Shown here: one piece after another, positions 8,937 to 15,988 of the stretch
Position numbering within the stretch: the stretch's first letter is position 1
How the letters are laid out: every line of letters begins with the position of its first letter
Origin: Candidatus Krumholzibacteriales bacterium
Lineage (GTDB): Bacteria; Krumholzibacteriota; Krumholzibacteriia; Krumholzibacteriales; WJIX01
Length of the DNA stretch: 15,988 bases
NCBI GenBank assembly: GCA_046483305.1
Contig: JAWODM010000049.1
Location: 1-15,988 of the forward strand
Reading direction: 5' to 3'
Position numbers and translations under genes: made by a program
The notes under the pieces: model-generated
What the model saw: the letters and a program-made list of their open reading frames with translations, nothing else
Database searches by the model: none
What the model was told of the DNA's origin: nothing

Positions 8937-10922
8937 TTACATCCTCCCTTCCTGCTTCATTCGAATTTCTTCGATCCTGTCTCTTATGCTGGCAGCTCTT
9001 TCAAAGTTCAGCGCTTCTGCTTCTCTTATCATCTCCTCTTCCAGTTTCTTCAACAGGGAAGGGTCGCCGGCGCCTTCAGGGAGAAACGGCTCCTGCGGCG
9101 CTTCTTCCTTCCGGCTGTCCGCTATGGCGGTAACTCCCACTATATCATCCCTGCTCTTTATGATAGATGTCGGTATTATACCCTGTTCCCTGTTGTATTC
9201 TAACTGTTTTTCCCGCCTCCTTCCCGTCTCTTCCAGCGCCCTGCTTATCGATCCGGTCAGTTTGTCCGCGTAAAGTATTACCTTCCCGCCCACATGCCTG
9301 GCCGCCCTGCCCGCTGTCTGAATGAGAGCGGTTTTTGAGCGCAGGAACCCCTCCTTATCTGCATCCAGTATTGCCACCAGGCTCACCTCCGGCAGGTCCA
9401 GCCCCTCTCTGAGCAGATTAATGCCGACCAGGACGTCAAAATCACCCACCCTGAGAGACCGCAGGATTTCCACCCGGTCCAGGGCGTGTATATCGCTGTG
9501 AAGATATCTGACCCTGATACCAATATCCTTCAGATAGGAAGTGAGCTCTTCCGACATCCTCTTGGTAAGGGTGGTAACCAGGACCCTTTCTCCAGCTTCA
9601 GCCCTTTTCCGGATTTCATTTATGAGGTCCTCCACCTGGCTCTCCACGGGCCTGATTTCAACCTCCGGATCAACCAGCCCGGTAGGCCTTATCACCTGTT
9701 CGACCACTTCTCCGCCGCATTTCTGTATCTCATATTCGCCGGGAGTGGCAGATACGAATATAAACCTGTCTATCAGTTCCTCAAACTCGCTGTATTTCAG
9801 AGGTCGGTTGTCAAGAGCGGAAGGAAGCCTGAATCCATGCTCTATCAGTGTCTTCTTCCTGTTTCTATCCCCCCGGTACATTGCCCGTATCTGAGGCAGG
9901 GTAACATGAGATTCATCCACCATCACCAGAAAATCATCCCCGAAGTAATCTATCAGGGTAGCCGGCCGCTCTCCCGCCGACCGTCCGGAGAAATATCTGG
10001 AATAGTTCTCGATTCCGCTGCAGTAACCTACTTCCTTCATCATTTCGATGTCGTAGAGCGTTCTCGACCTCAGGCGTTTTGCTTCGAAATCCTTTCCGGC
10101 ATTCTTGAGTTCGGCGCATCGTTGCTCCAGTTCTTCTTCTATACCCCTGACCGCTCTTTCCATCCTGGGGGCAGACACAGCGAAATGGGAAGAGGGGAAT
10201 ATCTTTATCCGTCCGGCCCTCTCGATCACCTCGCCGGAAACAGGATTAAATACTGATATGCGCTCCACCTCCTCATCGAAGAACTCAATCCTGATGCCCT
10301 CGGCCAGGAAAGAAGGCCACAGATCAACGGAATCCCCCCTCACCCGGAAGGTTCCCCTCTGAAAATCCATATCATCACGCCGGTACCACATATTTACCAG
10401 TTTGCGGATCAGTTTATCCCTCTCCAGGGAATCACCCTCCCTGGCTGTGAATGAAAGGGAGTTGAATTCTTCCGGCGAACCCAGTCCGTAAATACATGAG
10501 ACACTGGCCACTACTATAACATCTTTCCTGGTTACCAGCGAACCGGTGGTTTTGAGCCTCAGCCTGTCGATATTCTCATTGATGGAAGCATCCTTTTCTA
10601 TATAGGTGTCAGTTACGGGGATGAAAGCTTCAGGCTGGTAGTAGTCATAATAGCTGATAAAGTATTCCACCGCGTTCCCCGGGAAAAAACTCTTGAATTC
10701 TCCGTAGAGCTGAGCCGCCAGAGTTTTATTATGCGATATTATCAGGACCGGCATCCCCACCCGTTCTATCACATTGGCTATGGTAAAGGTCTTCCCGGAG
10801 CCGGTTACGCCAAGCAGGGTCTGATACTTTCTGTTTTTCCCGATCCCCTTTACCAGTTTCTCGACCGCCTCCGGCTGGTCTCCGGTGGGGCTGAACGTGG
10901 AGTGGAGCTTAAAAAGAGACAT
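8937..10922 (-). CDS. uvrB: Excinuclease ABC subunit B
   Basis: PTGDQP, GVTGSGKT, HNKTLAAQLY, SYYDYYQPEA, DESH, FRLPSALDNRPL, GINLLREGLDLPEV and a C-terminal UVR domain. Confidence 0.99.
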   Translation of the reverse strand: MSLFKLHSTFSPTGDQPEAVEKLVKGIGKNRKYQTLLGVTGSGKTFTIANVIERVGMPVLIISHNKTLAAQLYGEFKSFFPGNAVEYFISYYDYYQPEAFIPVTDTYIEKDASINENIDRLRLKTTGSLVTRKDVIVVASVSCIYGLGSPEEFNSLSFTAREGDSLERDKLIRKLVNMWYRRDDMDFQRGTFRVRGDSVDLWPSFLAEGIRIEFFDEEVERISVFNPVSGEVIERAGRIKIFPSSHFAVSAPRMERAVRGIEEELEQRCAELKNAGKDFEAKRLRSRTLYDIEMMKEVGYCSGIENYSRYFSGRSAGERPATLIDYFGDDFLVMVDESHVTLPQIRAMYRGDRNRKKTLIEHGFRLPSALDNRPLKYSEFEELIDRFIFVSATPGEYEIQKCGGEVVEQVIRPTGLVDPEVEIRPVESQVEDLINEIRKRAEAGERVLVTTLTKRMSEELTSYLKDIGIRVRYLHSDIHALDRVEILRSLRVGDFDVLVGINLLREGLDLPEVSLVAILDADKEGFLRSKTALIQTAGRAARHVGGKVILYADKLTGSISRALEETGRRREKQLEYNREQGIIPTSIIKSRDDIVGVTAIADSRKEEAPQEPFLPEGAGDPSLLKKLEEEMIREAEALNFERAASIRDRIEEIRMKQEGRM

Positions 10923-10942
10923 GACTACCCGGCATTGTTAAT

Positions 10943-11857
10943 TCACTCGGTCTTAATTGAGGTGCTGTCGCGGCCCAGATATACACCTCTGACGATTTCA
11001 TGCTTTTCACCGAAGGTGGGGAGCTTCCGGCCGTTAAACTCCGCGGTGAACCCCCCCGCATTGCCTATGGTTCTCAGCACAAAGGCGTTTTGAGCTTTGA
11101 GCAGTTTCTCCCTTCCCGGTAAGAGAATAAAATCGTGGAAGGTAGTGTCAGGCCCGTTGTTCTCCGAGGAAATGGTTATAATATCGAACCAGGTGCTGTC
11201 GGAAGGGTTAGCGGTCAGTTTCAGCTCCATCGGCCCGGCCCTTTCTTCCCTGTCGGGCTCCGGAAAGGCTGTTTCAGAATCCTGACTCCCACTTCCGCCA
11301 TTATCAGGGGGGGCGATACCGGGCTTTTCCGAGCCGTTCAACCTCTCCCTGGTCTCTTTATCCACAAATTCTTCCGCCTGGGGAATGGCGCTCGGAGGCT
11401 TTACATCCGCATCTTCTTCCCTATTCAGAAGAATAACCGCCAGGGCGACGATGACCGCCAGAGCCGCTGCCGGCCCTATGAGCTTCCTGGCGATGGAGCC
11501 GTAATCAATCTCCTGCTCCTCCTCAATCTCCTTCTCCTCCCAGTGGTCTCCCCTGGTCCTGTGATTATGCCCTGAATGCACCTGATACTTGCTCAGGATA
11601 TAATCGACATCCATCCCCAGCTCCGCGGCGTAACTCCTCAGAAAACCCATAACGTAAACGGGGGCGGGAAGCATATCGAAATTGTCCGTCTCCAGATATT
11701 TCAGGGACGATTCGGGTATCTTGGTAACCGCGCTTATCTCCGCCCTGGTCCGCCCGTCCTTATTCCTGGCCTCTGAGAGGAGCTCTCCAACCGTTTTCTC
11801 GCTGGTCAGCGAACCGGCGGTTTTCTTCTTATCTTCTCGGCCTTTTTCGTTTTTCAT
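10943..11857 (-). CDS. RodZ-like protein (HTH_25, single TM helix, DUF4115-like C-terminus)
   Basis: VGELLSEAR...ISAVTKIPESSLKYLETDNFDMLPAPVYVMGFLRSYAAELG HTH, TM segment AAALAVIVALAVILL, and C-terminal IGNAGGFTAEFNG. ATGA overlap with the valS stop. Confidence 0.82.
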   Translation of the reverse strand: MKNEKGREDKKKTAGSLTSEKTVGELLSEARNKDGRTRAEISAVTKIPESSLKYLETDNFDMLPAPVYVMGFLRSYAAELGMDVDYILSKYQVHSGHNHRTRGDHWEEKEIEEEQEIDYGSIARKLIGPAAALAVIVALAVILLNREEDADVKPPSAIPQAEEFVDKETRERLNGSEKPGIAPPDNGGSGSQDSETAFPEPDREERAGPMELKLTANPSDSTWFDIITISSENNGPDTTFHDFILLPGREKLLKAQNAFVLRTIGNAGGFTAEFNGRKLPTFGEKHEIVRGVYLGRDSTSIKTE

Positions 11858-14541
11858 CTCAGGTCCCTCAGAGTACTCTCCATCCTCTCGCGAAGCAGCT
11901 TCAGTTCTTCCACTCGTTCTCTTTCCCTGGCAACTACCTCATCCGGAGCCTTTTCCAGAAACTGCTTATTGCTCAAACGAGCTTCTATCTTTTTCAGATC
12001 CGAAGTCAGTTTATCCCGCTTGCTCTCTATCCTCTTTATTTCACCTTCAACATCCGCGATTTCTTCCATCGGCAGATAGATCTCGAAATCAAGGTGGCCT
12101 GAAGTTACGCACCTGGCGGGTTTTTCAGCCCCCCTGACAATCTCTATCTCCTCTATACCGGCCTGCTCCCTTATCTGTCCGGAATATGAGGAGAGCCTCT
12201 GATACAGCCCGGAATCATTCTTGAAGTTAAAGATTGCCATGACACCTTCGCTCTGCGGGACGTTGAAGGTCTGTTTGAGGTTACGGATGCCGGTAACCGC
12301 CTCTATGACCAGGCTCACATCCTCCTCCAGCTGTTGATCCCGCAAACCGTCCATAGGGAAATAGAATCTGTAATCGGCAAGAGTAACGTTTCCCGCGGAC
12401 AGCATACTCCATATCTCTTCGGTTATAAAAGGCATCACCGGATTAATCATAATCATGGACAGCCCCAGAACGGCTCTGGCGGTAACGGCGGCGCCGGCCG
12501 AGCGGCTTCCCTCTTCCTGGAAGGCTCTCTTTGAAAATTCCAGATACCAGTCACAGTACTCGTGCCAGAAGAAATCGTAAGCAGCCGAAACGGCCTCGTC
12601 GAACCTGTAGCTGCTTATAAAACGGTCTGCCTCCGACATTCCGGCCGACAACCGGCTGACAATCCAGCGGTCTTCCCAGCCGAATTCCGGATCCTGCCGC
12701 GGCTGGCGCCCGAAAAGCAGGCTGTAGATGGAGGAAATATTGCCGCCTTCGATTTCTCCGGAAATCTCAGTATCTTTCAACCCGGCCTGGCTCAGCACCA
12801 GCCGGGAAGCGTTCCAGATTTTATTGGCGAAATGCTTGCCTATATCGACTTTTTTCTCGTCAAACAGTATATCCTGCCCGGGGGGGGAGAGTTTCATCAG
12901 GGAAAATCTCAGGGCATCCGCTCCGTACCTGTCGATAATATCTATGGGATCGGGAGAGTTGCCGAGTGACTTGCTCATTTTGCGCCCCTTCTCATCCCTT
13001 ACTATACCGGTTATATATACCGACGAGAATGGTATCTCATTCATAAACTCCATGGAAGCCATTATCATCCGGGCCACCCAGAAGAATATTATGTCGCCCC
13101 CGGTAACCAGAACGTCGGTGGGGTGGAAAGTTCTCAGGTCCTCCGTCTCCCGGGGCCAGCCCAGAGGCGAAAAAGTCCAGAGCCATGAGGAGAACCAGGT
13201 ATCCAGAACGTCTTCATCCTGCACGGGCTCGCCTCCGCACTCTCCGCAAGAAGTGGGCTCCTTCCTGGAAACTATCACTTCGCCGCATTCGTCGCAGTAC
13301 CATACCGGGATGCGGTGCCCCCACCAGAGCTGCCTGGAGATACACCAGTCCCTGATATTTTCCATCCAGTTGAGATATATATTCTTCCACCTCTCCGGGA
13401 TGAAGCTTACTTCCCCATTCCTGACCACCTCTATCGCGGGCTCCGCCAGCTGATCCATTTTCATGAACCACTGCCTGGACACAGCCGGCTCTATTACCGT
13501 GCCGCATCTGTCGTGGTGGCCAACCGAATGCCTGTAATCCTCCACTCTGCGGAGGAGGTCCTTTTCCCTGAGGGCCTCCAGAACTTTTTCCCGGGCCTGA
13601 TTCCTTTCCAGGCCGGAGAATTCTCCCGCTTCATCGTTCATGAACCCCTTGCGGTCAATCACTACCACCTCATCCAGGCTGTGCCTTCTCCCAATCTCAA
13701 AATCAGTGGGATCGTGGGCCGGTGTAATCTTCAGGGATCCTGTTCCGAATTCGGGATCCACCGCTTCATCGAAAATTACCGGGATCTGCCTTCCGGTGAG
13801 GGGAAGCCGGACTTTCCTTCCCATCAGATCTTCCGCCCTTGGGTCATCCGGGCCCACCGCCACGGCAGTATCGCCCAGCATGGTCTCGGGCCTGGTGGTC
13901 GCCACCACGATCTCTCCGTTACCTTCGGCAAATGGATAGGCAATATAGTAAAGCTTCCCATCCTTCTCTCTGAATTCCACCTCTTCGTCACTTATTGCGG
14001 TCTCGCACGACGGGCACCAGTTGACCATGTAATTTCCCCTGTATATCAAACCCTTCTCGTAAAGCTGGACAAAAACCTCTCTGACCGCGTTTGAGACCGA
14101 CTGGTCGAGAGTGAATTTCTCTCTGGACCAGTCCAGAGAAGCCCCCAGCCTGTTGAGCTGCCGGACTATTCTGCCGTGATATTTCTCCTTCCAGCTCCAG
14201 CACTCTTCCAGGAACTCCTCCCTGGTCATCGATTCCAGGTCCACTCCTCTTTCCAGCAGTTTGTTTTCAACTACCTTCTGGGTAGCTATCCCGGCGTGAT
14301 CTGTCCCTGCCAGCCAGAGTACGTTGTATCCCCTTAGCCGCTTCCACCTTGCCAGGATATCCTGAACGGTGGTGCCGAGAACATGGCCTATGGTAAGTAC
14401 TCCCGTCACATTGGGAGGGGGAAGAATTATGGAGTAAGATTCCGCGCTGCTGCCGCTGTCCGGAGTAAATGAACTGTTTCTTTCCCAGGTTTCCGTCCAT
14501 TTCTTCTCAACGTCGTTCGGGTTGAAAACTTTATCCAGCAT
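11854..14541 (-). CDS. valS: Valine--tRNA ligase
   Basis: PPPNVTG, GTDHAGIATQ, ATTRPETMLGDTAVAV, FGTGSLKITPAHD, DWCISRQLWWGHRIP, DVLDTWFSS, KMSKSLGN and a C-terminal coiled-coil arm (FLEKAPDEVV). Confidence 0.99.
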   Translation of the reverse strand: MLDKVFNPNDVEKKWTETWERNSSFTPDSGSSAESYSIILPPPNVTGVLTIGHVLGTTVQDILARWKRLRGYNVLWLAGTDHAGIATQKVVENKLLERGVDLESMTREEFLEECWSWKEKYHGRIVRQLNRLGASLDWSREKFTLDQSVSNAVREVFVQLYEKGLIYRGNYMVNWCPSCETAISDEEVEFREKDGKLYYIAYPFAEGNGEIVVATTRPETMLGDTAVAVGPDDPRAEDLMGRKVRLPLTGRQIPVIFDEAVDPEFGTGSLKITPAHDPTDFEIGRRHSLDEVVVIDRKGFMNDEAGEFSGLERNQAREKVLEALREKDLLRRVEDYRHSVGHHDRCGTVIEPAVSRQWFMKMDQLAEPAIEVVRNGEVSFIPERWKNIYLNWMENIRDWCISRQLWWGHRIPVWYCDECGEVIVSRKEPTSCGECGGEPVQDEDVLDTWFSSWLWTFSPLGWPRETEDLRTFHPTDVLVTGGDIIFFWVARMIMASMEFMNEIPFSSVYITGIVRDEKGRKMSKSLGNSPDPIDIIDRYGADALRFSLMKLSPPGQDILFDEKKVDIGKHFANKIWNASRLVLSQAGLKDTEISGEIEGGNISSIYSLLFGRQPRQDPEFGWEDRWIVSRLSAGMSEADRFISSYRFDEAVSAAYDFFWHEYCDWYLEFSKRAFQEEGSRSAGAAVTARAVLGLSMIMINPVMPFITEEIWSMLSAGNVTLADYRFYFPMDGLRDQQLEEDVSLVIEAVTGIRNLKQTFNVPQSEGVMAIFNFKNDSGLYQRLSSYSGQIREQAGIEEIEIVRGAEKPARCVTSGHLDFEIYLPMEEIADVEGEIKRIESKRDKLTSDLKKIEARLSNKQFLEKAPDEVVARERERVEELKLLRERMESTLRDLR

Positions 14542-14591
14542 TACTCTCCCTCTGATTATATCCTGTCATCTCTTTCCGGCACCGAACCTAT

Positions 14592-14620
14592 AAATTAACA
14601 CAGGACAGTCCCCCGGTCAA
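14592..14620 (-). promoter_or_regulatory. Sigma70-type promoter of the valS operon
   Basis: Minus strand TTGACC-N17-TAATTT with TGn extension, about 50 nt upstream of the valS ATG (SD GAGGGAG). Confidence 0.65.
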
Positions 14621-14716
14621 TAATCACCTGCCTGCCCCTGTTCAATTTGCCGACCGCCCTGACCCTGTTTCAATAACGCCGGAAATAACCTGCCTGCTCA
14701 CTCTTTTCCGGCCGTC

Positions 14717-15988
14717 TCAGTCCAGCTTGAAAGTTATTGTTTTACCATCTCTTCCGGAGCCGCGGTAAGTCTTTCCATCCGTCACCAGCACTATATTGAG
14801 GATCCGGTCGGGCGTTTCCATCAGGCCCCGCCTCCTTACAGCATCAACTGATACTGCGCCCCCCTTAATTTCCGCCCGGTAATCTGTAATCAGATACTCG
14901 CCCCGCCGGTAGCCGTAACCGTCCCAGCGGTCTTCATAGAGCCAGCCCGACGCGGTTCCTTCTCCGTCCGGGCTGATAATAAGGGTCAGCGGATCGAGCC
15001 GGTACCCCCAGGTGCTCTGCACTACCGGTCCCGCCGGTATTATGTTGCCCGCCTTCAACCTCAATTCGGCCTGGAATCCATTGTTCGAGGTTTCCGCGTT
15101 CAAATCCAGATCTATTTCCCTCCAGGTTCCGTCCGGAACCGCCGGGTCCTCCGCCCAGGCGGGGATCACCAGCAGGCTGCTTCCCAGTATGAAAGCTTCC
15201 TGCTCTCTTCTGAGGGCCGGATCGGCCGGATCGGCAAAGAATACCGGCCTCATCACCGGCATCCCGGCGGTAGACGCCTCATGAAACAGAGAATACAGAT
15301 ATGGAAGGAGCCGGTACCTTCGCTCCAGGGCGGTACGGGACACTGCCTCAATATCCCCGCCAAACTCCCAGGGCTCCTGGTTATCCGTGTTATTAGCCGT
15401 ATGCGCCCTGCAGAACGGATAGAAGGCGCCCACCGCTATCCAGTGGCCGAAAAGGCCGGGAGTGGCATTGCCGTCAAATCCCCCGATATCCGGTCCGTTA
15501 AAGGGCTGTCCGGAGAGTGAAAGGTTTATGGTCATCGGTATCGACATCCTGAAATGGCTCCAGTTTGCTCTATTGTCGCCTGTCCAGGTCGCAGCATATC
15601 TCTGCCCCCCCAGATAATTGGCCCGGGTAAGCACGAAAGGGCGCCGGTCCGGATTAACCCTGCTGATACCCAGTCTGGTCGCTCTGACCATCTGCATCCC
15701 GTAAATGTTATGGTAGCGGGCGTGAGGCCCGGGAGGAATTTCACCTCCGCCCCGGTGCAGGTTGTCCTCCGGCATGGTTCTGGAATCGGTATCGAAGAGG
15801 GCCGGCTCATTCATATCATTCCAGACCCCGTCTACGCCGGTCTCCATGAATTTCTGGTAAAGGGACGCCCACCACAGACGGGCGGCGGGCATGGTGAAAT
15901 CCGGGAAGACGCAGTCACCGGGCCATACCCTTCCGATGAAATCCCGGCCATCCGCGGCCCTGGTCCATATATCCAGCTCGCTGCCTGA
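14717..15988 (-). CDS. Glycoside hydrolase family 31 (alpha-glucosidase-like), 5'-truncated by the window edge
   Basis: The frame stays open to base 15988 (SGSELDIW...GRVWPGDCVFPDFT precedes the track's Met). Nucleophile motif WNDMNEP, acid/base motif WTGDN, plus GPDIGGF, PFCRAH, RYRLLPYLYS and LYEDRWDG. Confidence 0.95.
   Translation of the reverse strand, partial: SGSELDIWTRAADGRDFIGRVWPGDCVFPDFTMPAARLWWASLYQKFMETGVDGVWNDMNEPALFDTDSRTMPEDNLHRGGGEIPPGPHARYHNIYGMQMVRATRLGISRVNPDRRPFVLTRANYLGGQRYAATWTGDNRANWSHFRMSIPMTINLSLSGQPFNGPDIGGFDGNATPGLFGHWIAVGAFYPFCRAHTANNTDNQEPWEFGGDIEAVSRTALERRYRLLPYLYSLFHEASTAGMPVMRPVFFADPADPALRREQEAFILGSSLLVIPAWAEDPAVPDGTWREIDLDLNAETSNNGFQAELRLKAGNIIPAGPVVQSTWGYRLDPLTLIISPDGEGTASGWLYEDRWDGYGYRRGEYLITDYRAEIKGGAVSVDAVRRRGLMETPDRILNIVLVTDGKTYRGSGRDGKTITFKLD

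Noticed and set aside
12880..12887. G8 homopolymer in valS as a phase-variation tract
   Set aside because: It encodes Ser-Pro-Pro in frame in an essential gene, so switching is implausible.
9486..14094. Long + strand ORFs opposite uvrB and valS (241-259 aa)
   Set aside because: Shadow ORFs fully inside conserved genes, with no independent coding evidence.
14542..14716. T-box riboswitch upstream of valS
   Set aside because: No T-box consensus or terminator/antiterminator, and the predicted leader is only about 45 nt.

Overview
Bacterial chromosomal window, almost entirely housekeeping genes on the minus strand. Reading right to left: the 3' part of a GH31 alpha-glucosidase; a tightly coupled valS - rodZ-like - uvrB - nadC - birA - coaX run with its own sigma70-type promoter; groES-groEL with a CIRCE (HrcA) operator and a strong intrinsic terminator; then an Ig/PKD-like + TolB-like beta-propeller lipoprotein, a class I/II PLP aminotransferase (DapL-like), folB and folK. 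I see no mobile element, RNA gene or CRISPR array, and the sequence does not support a new multi-gene system. The most anomalous part is the first ~175 bp. It carries the 3' end of a His/Arg/Tyr-rich + strand ORF missed by the ORF track, with a codon style unlike the rest of the window and a sharp compositional break at ~174/175. The break suggests foreign DNA or a chimeric join that may interrupt a leftward gene downstream of folK. Smaller oddities are a TIGH motif and an insertion in ValRS, a divergent FolK loop 3, and several operator-like repeats in intergenic regions. All product calls come from motif recognition, not database searches.
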